Shown in pieces: positions 29,506 to 38,484 of a stretch of 64,000 bases of DNA. Source of the DNA: a virus. The DNA is taken from IMG/VR virus record IMGVR_UViG_3300028840_004447; one strand, written 5' to 3'. A program made the position numbers and the translations under genes. Positions within the stretch are counted from its first letter, which is position 1. The number at the start of each line of letters is the position of its first letter. The notes beneath the pieces were generated by a model. That model saw nothing but the letters and a program-made list of their open reading frames with translations. It had not been told where the DNA came from and did not search any database.

Positions 29506-29928
29506 ATGAAACCAGCAGCAATTGTGATACACCACAGTTTGACAAAAGATTCGAAATCTGTTTCATGGTCAGCCATCCGTCGCTATCACAAACAAACCTG
29601 CGGGTGGCGTGAAATTGGTTATCACTATGGAATCGAAATGGTCGGCACAGAACCTGAGATCTTTGTCGGGCGTATGATGAATGAATACGGCGCTCATTGC
29701 AAGGACTCGGGCATGAATCGCATTTCACTAGGGATCTGTTTAGTCGGGAACTTTGACGAGGAAGCTCCGCCCACAATTCTCTGGGAGCGAGGGTTAGTTC
29801 TAGTTCGGAGCTTGCTCGATCTGCTGGACATTAGTCCATCTGATGTTTACGGCCACCGGGATTTTTCTGACAAGTCCTGCCCTGGGGATATGTTTGATAT
29901 GGATCAGTTCAGAAAGGATTTGATATGA
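29506..29928 (+). CDS. Endolysin, N-acetylmuramoyl-L-alanine amidase (Amidase_2)
   Basis: IVIHHS, IRRYH...GW..IGYHY, GAH, N..SLGICLVGNFD, GHRDF..KSCPG zinc-amidase motifs. Confidence 0.93.
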   Translation: MKPAAIVIHHSLTKDSKSVSWSAIRRYHKQTCGWREIGYHYGIEMVGTEPEIFVGRMMNEYGAHCKDSGMNRISLGICLVGNFDEEAPPTILWERGLVLVRSLLDLLDISPSDVYGHRDFSDKSCPGDMFDMDQFRKDLI

Positions 29929-30275
29929 ACCCGGAAATCAGGGAAATTATCCAGACAATCAAACCCGAGATCTTTATGCTGTTAGGCTGGGCGTCAATTG
30001 TGGGATTCCTAGCCCTAGTAGCACAGGGGATCATCAGGAGCTATGTGGCGTATTATTTCTTCCTGACGAATGAGCAACTCTGAGTGAACACAAAGGTCCG
30101 AGTTCGCGGACACGACGGAGTGATCACGAAATACAACAGGAAGAATATCATCATCCGAGTGGCTGATGGCGTGGAGCTGATTGATATGCGCGATTGGCGA
30201 AAGGAGAAATGGGCAATCCTGTATAACGGAGAGTTCAAACGTGTAGCTGATATAGGAAAAGGAGAAGAATCATGA
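29925..30275 (+). CDS. Membrane protein with MscS-like beta domain, interrupted by in-frame TGA at 30081-30083 (readthrough or pseudogene)
   Basis: ATGA-coupled to the endolysin. TM helix, then ...EQL*VNTKVRVRGHDGVITKYNRKNIIIR in the same frame. Confidence 0.55.
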
Positions 30276-30475
30276 AACCGATGAAGGGATGGAAGACATG
30301 GACAGGGGCCGTGCTGATTATTCTATCAGCATTTGCAGCGAAGATCTGTGTGGCATTAACCGTACCTGAGTACGCGGCGGATGCTTCCAATATTTGTATG
30401 AAGGCAGGAATGGCTCTCGGCGGAGTGGGCGTTGCTCACAAGGTTGAGAAATTGATGACAGCTCTGAAGAGCTAA
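30272..30475 (+). CDS. Small two-helix membrane protein (holin-like)
   Basis: KGWKTW.GA N-terminus and hydrophobic segments. Located in the lysis region. Confidence 0.5.
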   Translation: MKPMKGWKTWTGAVLIILSAFAAKICVALTVPEYAADASNICMKAGMALGGVGVAHKVEKLMTALKS

Positions 30476-30513
30476 CAGACGGTCAGGACTAAGGCCAGGA
30501 AAGGAGAACCAAA

Positions 30514-30978
30514 ATGAAAGCAATTGTAACGAGACGAATGATTCGGTGGAGTTTGTTGGGCGTATTCATGTTTCTGTGTCTGATCTTCGGGTGCGCACAT
30601 CTGCCCGGGGCGCCTTCTGTTTGTGATGATATTAAGGGCAGGTCATTGCTCTGCCAAATGTCTGAGCAAAGTGGGGTGGCCTTGGAAGATATTGGCAATG
30701 CATTCGTGATTGCGAATGCAGTGGCCATCGGTGAGGGTTTGTATACCAAAGATCAGGCGCTGGACGTGATGCAGGAATTTCTACGCTTCCTAGAGGCTCC
30801 AGTTTCATATGTATTTGTCCGGAATACAGTGAAGCAATATACGGACAAATACCCCGGTCTTCTGGTCGTTTCTCAGATGTATGTGGACCGCTTCATCAGT
30901 GGGCGGATCATGTATAAGGACGACCAGGAAATTCTCAAGGCTTGGCTGGCTAAGCAAGTCAAAACACTCTCATCCTAA
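30514..30978 (+). CDS. Predicted lipoprotein
   Basis: Basic N-region, hydrophobic core, lipobox LIFG-C. Confidence 0.65.
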   Translation: MKAIVTRRMIRWSLLGVFMFLCLIFGCAHLPGAPSVCDDIKGRSLLCQMSEQSGVALEDIGNAFVIANAVAIGEGLYTKDQALDVMQEFLRFLEAPVSYVFVRNTVKQYTDKYPGLLVVSQMYVDRFISGRIMYKDDQEILKAWLAKQVKTLSS

Positions 30979-30989
30979 AGGAGGACCGT

Positions 30990-31223
30990 ATGAAGAGGAC
31001 CATTTTGATTTTGACCTTGAGCCTGCTCTTTGTGGCTGTTGCAACGGCTGGTCCGATCATTGAGGAGGATCTTCTCCCGGAAGTTACAGAGGAAGAAGTC
31101 CAGGACCAGTTTGAGATGGAAGGACAGAAACAGAAAATCGATGATCCGAAGTTCAAGAAGATCATCGTCAAGAAACCCGAAAAGCTGGTGAAAACCAAAA
31201 ACAAGGATAAGGAGGAGCTATGA
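30990..31223 (+). CDS. Small exported charged protein
   Basis: MKRTILILTLSLLFVAVATA signal peptide. Confidence 0.6.
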   Translation: MKRTILILTLSLLFVAVATAGPIIEEDLLPEVTEEEVQDQFEMEGQKQKIDDPKFKKIIVKKPEKLVKTKNKDKEEL

Positions 31224-32419
31224 AAAAACAAATGATACTTAGTTGGGTTCTGTTCCTTCTTTTGGTTTTCTCGGGATCGGCAGGGGCAACCATCACCCAG
31301 TTGTATTTCTTTGATGATACTGAAGGCACGACAAAGATGCTCACGGGCACGGGTGATATGGCCTTCTACCACGGGACCGTCGGCAATCAGCATTACAAGA
31401 GTGCTAGCAAGGCCTACACAGATGGCGTTACAGAAGGTGCCCCGTATGCAGATAATACACTGAGGTTCCTTCGGACACCGAATATAGATCTGTCAAAGCA
31501 CTCAGGGAGTCTGTATGCTAGCTATTCAATTTGGCATCAGTTGTTCGAGGGGGATACCCTTCGGGTTATGTCCTGCAAAGATGCCACGACTTGCTATCTG
31601 ATGGCAACTCGGGAGTGTGCACTCACTTCCAGTATGACATCCTATTATTTCACGATTCCCCAGGACCATAAGACGTCGACCTGGCATTTGCGCTTCCAGC
31701 TGGATACGGAATCAGATAATGCAGATGGTGTCTATATTGATGATATCATCATCAGTGACGACCAGAATGCAAATATGACTGCCGTGAATGCTCTTGGTCC
31801 TCCGACCACTCCTTGGTGTTCGGGCGGTTGCCCCGACGGGCCTGATCTGGAACCCAAGCTTTTGTCGGGATGGGATAACAAAATCATCCCTTCCAAGGTT
31901 ACCGGCACACGAACTTCTGTGACCGAGTTCACAACTTCAGATACGATCTATGTGGACTACAATTGCGGGAACACTGATGCAAGTCAGGCTGTCTCTGGCA
32001 CTTGGCGCTATGGGTTATATCTGAATGATACCCGAATCAAGTATTTCGAACGGACGGCGGACCTTGCTGCCGGATCGACTTCCTATATCAGTGATTCGGA
32101 TATCGGAACTTTGTCCGCGGGCACTCATTCCCTGAAAGTCGTATGTGATTACGATTCGAACATCGGGGAGGATGATGAAACTAACAACTCCTATACACGG
32201 AGTAGCATCACGGTCACAAGTGATTCAACAGGTACTTGGACATTGACTGCCACCCAGCAATGCACTCCGGTTACTCAAGATGATGGTCCTCAGTCCGGCG
32301 GCTGTGATTACGATCCGCAGGATCCTCCGAAATGGGACGTGCTCTGCACGAGCTGTTGCCAAGGTCCGATGGGAATGATGTGGAATATCGTCGATACATG
32401 GGCTTGTATCGAAAACTAG
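31220..32419 (+). CDS. Exported beta-sandwich + CARDB-like + 6-Cys C-terminal domain protein
   Basis: Signal peptide. L.TP.IDL...VYIDDI.I jelly-roll pattern. PDL.P...GTHSLKVV.DY...I.E.DETNN (CARDB). Confidence 0.7.
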   Translation: MKKQMILSWVLFLLLVFSGSAGATITQLYFFDDTEGTTKMLTGTGDMAFYHGTVGNQHYKSASKAYTDGVTEGAPYADNTLRFLRTPNIDLSKHSGSLYASYSIWHQLFEGDTLRVMSCKDATTCYLMATRECALTSSMTSYYFTIPQDHKTSTWHLRFQLDTESDNADGVYIDDIIISDDQNANMTAVNALGPPTTPWCSGGCPDGPDLEPKLLSGWDNKIIPSKVTGTRTSVTEFTTSDTIYVDYNCGNTDASQAVSGTWRYGLYLNDTRIKYFERTADLAAGSTSYISDSDIGTLSAGTHSLKVVCDYDSNIGEDDETNNSYTRSSITVTSDSTGTWTLTATQQCTPVTQDDGPQSGGCDYDPQDPPKWDVLCTSCCQGPMGMMWNIVDTWACIEN

Positions 32420-32434
32420 AAAGGAGATGATACC

Positions 32435-32596
32435 ATGAAAAGAATCGCGATTATACTGATCATTCTCGGTTTGGTTTTTAGCCCGGTAGTCTATGCAAAA
32501 AAGAAAGCTGCAAAGGCTACTCCCGTGGATCAGCAGGAAGAGGTCCAGAAGGACAAGGATATTCGACCTGTCAAGGAATCCAAGAAGTCGAAATGA
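32435..32596 (+). CDS. Small exported basic protein (53 aa, not in ORF track)
   Basis: RBS AAAGGAG. MKRIAIILIILGLVFSPVVYA-KKK... Confidence 0.6.
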   Translation: MKRIAIILIILGLVFSPVVYAKKKAAKATPVDQQEEVQKDKDIRPVKESKKSK

Positions 32597-32652
32597 GGCC
32601 AAGCTAAGAACTGGGATACGGTCGTAGAACCTAGAAAGGAGAACTGATTATT

Positions 32653-33447
32653 ATGAAACGATTTTTGATTATCCTCTTGGCCTTTGGCCTGATGGCAGGG
32701 TATGCTTCGGCAGAAATCACGAAGCTATATTATTATACGGATTTCGAAAGCAATCCGAGCTGGGGCCAGGGGAGTCCGTACAATTGGGAGCTGGCCATGC
32801 GGCCTTCTGCATATCCTCAGTATATGGAGAGCGGCTGGTCAGGTTTTGCTCATTACAGCTTAACCGGCCATGATCCGTGGGATACTTACGATGCCAACTA
32901 TGACACGGGCAGGTTATACTCGCCTGAGATTGATCTGTCGAGTGAATCAGATCCGATCTATGTCACATATTCCATGTATTACGGGATTGCAAAAGATGGT
33001 GACCTTCTCAAGATTTGGGTTTGCAATGATGGGACTTGCACACTCAGATTCTCAGCCGAGTGTTCTACCTTTGGAAAGCAAACCAGATTCTATTTCCAGA
33101 TCCCGTCGGAAGATTATGATACGGATACGCAGATTGCCTTCCAGCTCATTACCAATTCCTCGGGAAATGCTTTCGGTGTAATTCTTGACGATTTCATCAT
33201 CAGTGATGACCCGCAGGCTGATATGGATGACATAGATAATCTTGGCAATCCCTCGGTCCCTTGGTTCGACGGGGGAACATGGACAAAAACCCTTAGCTAT
33301 GAATGCCTCCCGATTACTACTGATGATGGTCCACAAAGTGGTAACTGTCCAACAGTAGATGAAATCAAATGGGATATCCTGTGCTACAATTGCTGTGATG
33401 AGTTCAATATGTGGCACAGGATGGACCAATGGAAGTGCGTTGATTAG
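32653..33447 (+). CDS. Exported paralog of 31220..32419 lacking the CARDB domain
   Basis: Signal peptide. Aligns by eye across the N-domain and the C-terminal DDGPQSG.C...KWD.LC..CC...W.C domain. Confidence 0.7.
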   Translation: MKRFLIILLAFGLMAGYASAEITKLYYYTDFESNPSWGQGSPYNWELAMRPSAYPQYMESGWSGFAHYSLTGHDPWDTYDANYDTGRLYSPEIDLSSESDPIYVTYSMYYGIAKDGDLLKIWVCNDGTCTLRFSAECSTFGKQTRFYFQIPSEDYDTDTQIAFQLITNSSGNAFGVILDDFIISDDPQADMDDIDNLGNPSVPWFDGGTWTKTLSYECLPITTDDGPQSGNCPTVDEIKWDILCYNCCDEFNMWHRMDQWKCVD

Positions 33448-33456
33448 GAGTCAGCC

Positions 33457-33897
33457 ATGAGAGGCGAAATCCGAGACCATAATGGGATCAGGTATAAGGT
33501 CCTGACGAACTGGCACCTGTTCCGCAATAGGTATGAACTGCTTGAGCCCTATTTTATTCGCACGGGGTTCATCGGTTATGATATCGAGACGGATCGGGTT
33601 AAATTGACCCCTGACGGAATGCTGTGCCTGAAAGCAGGATATACATGGGACGGTCCGTCAGGTCCCACAGTTGACACGAAGAACTTCATGCGCGGATCGC
33701 TAGGGCACGATGGGAAGTATGAGCTATTCCGATTAGGTCTGCTTCCTCACACAGGCCGGATCATTGCAGATTTGGAACTTCAGAAGGATTGCTTGAAGGA
33801 TGGAATGTCAGGACTTCGAGCCATGTGGGTCTTCTGGGGTGTGCATCTGTTTGCTTCATTTGCAGCTCGGCCCACGGTCATAATGAAAGGAGTATGA
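33457..33897 (+). CDS. DUF1353-like protein
   Basis: GY.WDGPSGP..DT...R.SL.HD..Y motif and final hydrophobic helix. Confidence 0.7.
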   Translation: MRGEIRDHNGIRYKVLTNWHLFRNRYELLEPYFIRTGFIGYDIETDRVKLTPDGMLCLKAGYTWDGPSGPTVDTKNFMRGSLGHDGKYELFRLGLLPHTGRIIADLELQKDCLKDGMSGLRAMWVFWGVHLFASFAARPTVIMKGV

Positions 33898-34220
33898 AGA
33901 TGAAACTACTGCCAGGATTTTTGATGATAACTGTCCTCGTATTCTCGGGGTGTGGAACAGCCAAGAGGATCGGGCTGGCCAAGCTGGGGATGACCACGAC
34001 CACAATTGAACTAAGCGAGGACAAGAAGAAAGCAGAAATTGTATCCAAGTCGGATTCAAAGGTCACATTCACGGCGGATGCGAATGGAATTACTGGAGCA
34101 ACCGTGGATAATCAGGGCCGGCCAGGTTTGCCTGAACGATTGGCCGAATCCCTGGTCAACAGGACCTCGCTTGTGGTCGGATCCGGGGTGGATACCATTA
34201 AGCAAGATTCCGATGATTAA
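33894..34220 (+). CDS. Predicted lipoprotein
   Basis: ATG 33894 (ATGA overlap). Lipobox VFSG-C. Confidence 0.65.
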   Translation: MKMKLLPGFLMITVLVFSGCGTAKRIGLAKLGMTTTTIELSEDKKKAEIVSKSDSKVTFTADANGITGATVDNQGRPGLPERLAESLVNRTSLVVGSGVDTIKQDSDD

Positions 34221-34315
34221 GGTCTGGATCCTGTCCCTAGCGGGCTACGCCAGCCCGTGCAAGCGACAGTTTCTAACCTTTTCCCATGGGTATACACGGC
34301 CAAGGGCCTTGAGGC

Positions 34316-34338
34316 CCTTAAAACGGCTCTGAGCGCGT
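34316..34338 (+). repeat. 23-bp exact direct repeat, copy 2
   Basis: Identical to 7845-7867. Confidence 0.9.
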
Positions 34339-34486
34339 CGGATTATGGGTGATCTGGCCGCGTTCAGAGCCGATCTAGGCACCGTTCTGTTTGGGGGATA
34401 TATCAGTATGGGTATTCTCTCGGGCGGGCAGGGTGCGTACGTGGGGGAGCCCGGCAGGGGTGTTTCAGGGGTTGGACACCCCTGCC
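34324..34486. terminator. Hairpins at the convergent junction of the two genome arms
   Basis: CGGCTCTGAGCGCG (34324-37) / CGCGTTCAGAGCCG (34359-72). GGCAGGGGTGT (34453-63) / ACACCCCTGCC (34476-86). Confidence 0.6.
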
Positions 34487-34495
34487 CGGCACACG

Positions 34496-34831
34496 TTACT
34501 TTTTGCGGCGTTTCTTGCCACTTGGTTGACCTTCCTCTTTCTCCTTTGCCTCGGCTTCTTCATCAGCTAGCCGCTTCTGCTCTGTAGCAATTGCAGCTTG
34601 GGTCTCCTGCATCTGTTGACGAAGCTGTTTCGACCGAAGTTGCAGCAAGGCCTGCCGGTTCCTCAGTTGAACCAGAATGACAGCCAAGTGCTCATTCTCC
34701 TCTCCGAGGTACTGATCCATTTGTTGAATAGCGGTCAACTTGGCCTTCAGTGCGTCGAGGGGTTCTGCTTGACTGATCCCGCACCAAAAGAGCAGGCCGA
34801 TCAAAGTTAATACTACTAGCATCCGTTTCAT
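34496..34831 (-). CDS. Exported coiled-coil protein
   Basis: MKRMLVVLTLIGLLFWCGISQA signal peptide and Gln/Leu heptads. Confidence 0.6.
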   Translation of the reverse strand: MKRMLVVLTLIGLLFWCGISQAEPLDALKAKLTAIQQMDQYLGEENEHLAVILVQLRNRQALLQLRSKQLRQQMQETQAAIATEQKRLADEEAEAKEKEEGQPSGKKRRKK

Positions 34832-35265
34832 ATTATTCTCCTTTTGTTTTTGCGGTCCAGGATCTCAACCAGTTCCGTAACAGGGATCGACCTCGACCAG
34901 TGTTGAACAGCATTCTCGATTAGTCCCGATCGGGGAACCTCCCCGAGGAATCCGTGACAAAGGTAATCGAAGATGAAATACTCCCGATCTACCTGAAGCA
35001 GAACAAACACATTTGCTCCAGCCATCCCGTGCCTCTTCAGCCAGCCTTTTTGGGCCGGGGTGAAATGGTCTAGCCTAAGCGGAGTAGTTGGACGCTTTGG
35101 CCATCTGTGAGCATACTTTAGCTCGATCCAGCCCATGGATCCATTCACGGTAGTTGTGAAGTATACATCCGGCGTCCCTTCATCAACTAGGTTCTCAATT
35201 CGTTCAGCAATCCAAACAGGCTTCATTCGATTATACAGATATCTCCAAAAACCAGATTCATTCAT
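34828..35265 (-). CDS. PD-(D/E)XK nuclease (VRR-NUC / resolvase-like)
   Basis: E..F...RIEN....GTPD......WIELK motif, adjacent to the polymerase. Confidence 0.75.
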   Translation of the reverse strand: MNESGFWRYLYNRMKPVWIAERIENLVDEGTPDVYFTTTVNGSMGWIELKYAHRWPKRPTTPLRLDHFTPAQKGWLKRHGMAGANVFVLLQVDREYFIFDYLCHGFLGEVPRSGLIENAVQHWSRSIPVTELVEILDRKNKRRII

Positions 35266-37196
35266 TTTACATCACTCCAATCTCTTCCCGTGTCAGGATC
35301 CACGACAACGGGAAGCTTCAGGGGGATTGCTCGTTCCATCAGTCGGGCCGATTCTGCAAAGGCCTCTTTTCCTGCGGGCGTGTTAGGAACCGACCAATCC
35401 AATTCATCGTGGACTGTCAGAAGAGGAAATCCAAGCTCGTCAAATATCCCTGCTTCAGCAATATCAACCATGGCCTGCTTCATGATATCGGCTGCGCTGC
35501 CCTGATCGATAGCATTGAAGGCCTTATAACAGCCGGCCCGCTGAACTCCCCAACCGCCCATCTTCTTGGTAATTTCCAGCATCTTTTGTTTGTCTTTCAT
35601 GGCCGTTACCTCTTTGGCCAGATCAAACTTGTTTGGCTCCCACAGATCAAACCTTCGTTTCCGACCGAGGATAGTTCGGACATATCCTTTCTTCATTGCC
35701 TGAGATGAGGCCGTATTCAAAGTTCGCTTCAGGAAGGGGAGCTTCTCATAGTACATTCTGATGAAGCTCTCGGCCTCATCCTTGGGAATCCCGAGGGAAA
35801 CAGCCAGCTTTGCAGCTCCCATGCCATATATGATCCCGAAGTTAATAGTCTTCGCAGCCTTCCGGCTGATCCCCGCGGTGTCTGCGCACCACTGATGATA
35901 ATCGAGGGCCCGGTCATTCTTGAATGCTTCCCGAATATCATCTGCTCCTTCCCCGATAGCAAAATGGGCCAAGACCCGAATCTCAATCTGAGAATAGTCA
36001 GCCCTGCCCCACAGTTCCCCTTCATCAGGAATGAAGATGGATCTGCACAGAGGACCGAGCTCAGGATCTCGGCCAGGGATAAACTGCAAGTTAGGATTGG
36101 AAGAACTGAAACGGCCAGTCACCGTCCCACCCTCGTCTCCCTTGAGCTGGTTGAACTGGCAGTGGATCCGATCCCCGATTACCTGGTCAAGCAAGGATCC
36201 TCGAAGGAAAGTACCGATGAATTTGTCGACCTTCCGATAGTCCACAATTAGCTTTGTGACATCAGATCCGTGCCGCTCGAGCCATGTTTGTTGGAAGGAT
36301 GGTTGACCTGTCTTGGTCCTTGGATAATCCCAGCCTTGCTTTTTGAAATAGCGGCCAATGGACTGGTTTGCCCACGGGTCAATATCGAACTTCGTTAATT
36401 GGTGGCTCAGGCGCTTAAGTTCCTGCTCCTTTCTGTCAATGGCCACATGCAATTTCTGCATGTCTACACGGACGCCACGCTGTCTCATTCCGAGCAAGAT
36501 AGGTATTAAGGCAGATTCCATTTTGAACAGATCTATCAGCCCTTCACGTTGCATTTTATCCCATTGCTTGAGAAAGATCTGAATCGGTTGGATAGCATCA
36601 GACTCGGCATATGGGCCGACAATGTTCGAGGGGAGTTTCCAGAGGTGTTCTTGGGGCTTGGATTTCTTGCTCTTTCTGAAGGGCCGGGTCGCTTCCTCGA
36701 TCAGGTCTTCATTTTTAGTTTCACCCAAATACTCCTGGCATAAACTGTCGAGGGAATAGACCCGTTTGTTCTCATCAATCAGGGGTTCTGCCACTTGGAC
36801 GTCATAAAATGGACCTGCAACAGGCACGCCCTCTGCATATAACCAGTCAAGGTCATAGAGCAGGTTTGCCCCGATCTTAGGTTGGTTGGGTCTGCACAGT
36901 TCTTGCCGGGCCCATTTGAGGACCACTTTCTTATTGAACTGCGGACCCTCAAAATGGCCGAATGGCAAATACCATGTCTGTCCTTCAGGAACCGCGATCG
37001 AAATCCCGAGAATATAGTTCCCCTCCCGACGGACACCAGGTCCTTTTGTTGTCAGGTCTTTGTCTCGGGTCTCGATATCCAGCCCAATAGCTCTTGCGTC
37101 TCCGAGTCGGGGGAGCTGTTCCGGAATTTCCCAATCTGATTTGGGCTGGAATAAAGGTTGCTGAAAGGCATCCACAGTCGACCTTGAGATTTCCAT
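35262..37196 (-). CDS. polA: Family A DNA polymerase with 3'-5' exonuclease
   Basis: DIET (ExoI), TGRFSSSNPNLQ, DYSQIE (motif A), AKTINFGIIYG (motif B, Phe at the 762-equivalent), VHDEL (motif C). Confidence 0.95.
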   Translation of the reverse strand: MEISRSTVDAFQQPLFQPKSDWEIPEQLPRLGDARAIGLDIETRDKDLTTKGPGVRREGNYILGISIAVPEGQTWYLPFGHFEGPQFNKKVVLKWARQELCRPNQPKIGANLLYDLDWLYAEGVPVAGPFYDVQVAEPLIDENKRVYSLDSLCQEYLGETKNEDLIEEATRPFRKSKKSKPQEHLWKLPSNIVGPYAESDAIQPIQIFLKQWDKMQREGLIDLFKMESALIPILLGMRQRGVRVDMQKLHVAIDRKEQELKRLSHQLTKFDIDPWANQSIGRYFKKQGWDYPRTKTGQPSFQQTWLERHGSDVTKLIVDYRKVDKFIGTFLRGSLLDQVIGDRIHCQFNQLKGDEGGTVTGRFSSSNPNLQFIPGRDPELGPLCRSIFIPDEGELWGRADYSQIEIRVLAHFAIGEGADDIREAFKNDRALDYHQWCADTAGISRKAAKTINFGIIYGMGAAKLAVSLGIPKDEAESFIRMYYEKLPFLKRTLNTASSQAMKKGYVRTILGRKRRFDLWEPNKFDLAKEVTAMKDKQKMLEITKKMGGWGVQRAGCYKAFNAIDQGSAADIMKQAMVDIAEAGIFDELGFPLLTVHDELDWSVPNTPAGKEAFAESARLMERAIPLKLPVVVDPDTGRDWSDVK

Positions 37197-37585
37197 AAAT
37201 CCTTTCCTTCTGTCGGGTAATCCTCATCAAAGACAAGGATCGTGCATGAAGTGTTGAGGAGCATGGCCGTACAGATAAGGCAAGGGGCCGTTGTAATGAA
37301 GGCCATTTGTATGCTGTAAGGATCCTGGCATTGCAATACAGCATTTACCTCAGCATGTACGGCCACGCATTTATCAAGATCCTGTCCACTTCTGCCGATC
37401 CTCGGGCACGATGCTTCAGTGCAGTGGGGCATCCCGGCTGGAATACCGTTATACCCCGTTGCCTTGATATGGTTCCGCTCATTGACGAGGACACAACCGA
37501 CTTTCCGGGTCAGGCAAGTGGATCGCTGTGCAACCAACTTGGCCAGCTCCATAAAGTATTCATATTGGTCCAGTCTGGGTTTCAT
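37052..37585 (-). CDS. dCMP deaminase-like zinc deaminase
   Basis: RSTC..RKVG, TGYNG.P.G.PHC, HAE.NA, PC..C. The 3' end overlaps the polymerase start by 145 nt. Confidence 0.9.
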   Translation of the reverse strand: MKPRLDQYEYFMELAKLVAQRSTCLTRKVGCVLVNERNHIKATGYNGIPAGMPHCTEASCPRIGRSGQDLDKCVAVHAEVNAVLQCQDPYSIQMAFITTAPCLICTAMLLNTSCTILVFDEDYPTEGKDLWKSQGRLWMPFSNLYSSPNQIGKFRNSSPDSETQELLGWISRPETKT

Positions 37586-38301
37586 TAGAAGATATTCCTG
37601 TCCTTCAGATCCCCGTGGAATGCATGCAAAGATCCAAGAAAGTGAGTGAAGTTCCCCGCTTCGATACGGAGTTCTTCTGCAATGTGCTTCATCAGTTGGA
37701 TTGTAAGGAAAACGTCCGCGCCGAAGAACTTGATGAAATCACAGGATCGCTGGTTGTAGATCAGATGCAGCTTGTTTGCCCGAATCATGAACTGGTAGGT
37801 CAAACTGCACGGAACTCTGTCACGTCCGCCCCAGTTCATCATATCCTGGTGCCGATCATACATGGTCATGATGGCCTGCCGGGAGTTCGGCCGAAGTCGG
37901 AGTTCATTTACGACATAGCTGATCTGTTCTTGCCACCGCTCCGCGTATGAATAGGAGAACTTGCCGTCACGAAGGAAAGGTTCCCACAATTGCTTGTTCT
38001 CTTTCCAAGCTGTGCCGGGGTTCAGGGTTGCCCCGACCGGCATTCCGAACAGACCGCCCAGCCGTTCTCGCTCTTCGGCCTTCAGCCAAGCAGCATTCAA
38101 ATTGAGGTACTGAATGAGCTCGGACAGGTCTTCATATTTGGTAAGTGTGTATGCGTACCCGAAAAGCTCGATGGTCTGGAAGTCTGGGTTATCCGCAACC
38201 TCCTGATCCTGAACCGTGGCCGTTTGGTATCTGATCCCCATTTCAAACAGATCCCGCTCGACCTCTTTCACCATTTCTAACGTGTTCTGATAAATCCTCA
38301 T
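37585..38301 (-). CDS. Thymidylate-synthase-family enzyme with dCMP-type specificity residue (putative dCMP hydroxymethylase/methylase)
   Basis: SRQA, catalytic PC, QRSCDFIKFFGAD (Asp where dUMP enzymes have Asn177), GSLH.F. Confidence 0.8.
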   Translation of the reverse strand: MRIYQNTLEMVKEVERDLFEMGIRYQTATVQDQEVADNPDFQTIELFGYAYTLTKYEDLSELIQYLNLNAAWLKAEERERLGGLFGMPVGATLNPGTAWKENKQLWEPFLRDGKFSYSYAERWQEQISYVVNELRLRPNSRQAIMTMYDRHQDMMNWGGRDRVPCSLTYQFMIRANKLHLIYNQRSCDFIKFFGADVFLTIQLMKHIAEELRIEAGNFTHFLGSLHAFHGDLKDRNIF

Positions 38302-38478
38302 TCATGCCTCCTTTTTGACTTTCTGAGGGTTAAGATATAACTTGCAAAACGACTTCATATAAAGACGATAGCATTTCACGGTACATACATGGTCGCCATT
38401 ATCTAATTTCCACATGGATCGGCAGTTTGTGAGATTTGTCCCGCATTCTGCACAGTATATTTCTTGCTCAGTTTCCAT
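38302..38478 (-). CDS. Small Cys-rich (zinc-finger-like) protein, probably leaderless
   Basis: CAECG...HVC...C. The ATG lies 7 nt from the -10 box and has no RBS. Confidence 0.5.
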   Translation of the reverse strand: METEQEIYCAECGTNLTNCRSMWKLDNGDHVCTVKCYRLYMKSFCKLYLNPQKVKKEA

Positions 38479-38484
38479 GGGTTC

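Noticed and set aside
37052-37196. 145-nt overlap of the deaminase 3' end with the polymerase start as a frameshift or fusion
   Set aside because: The polymerase has its own RBS and the deaminase domain is complete before the overlap. It is most likely a neutral C-terminal extension.
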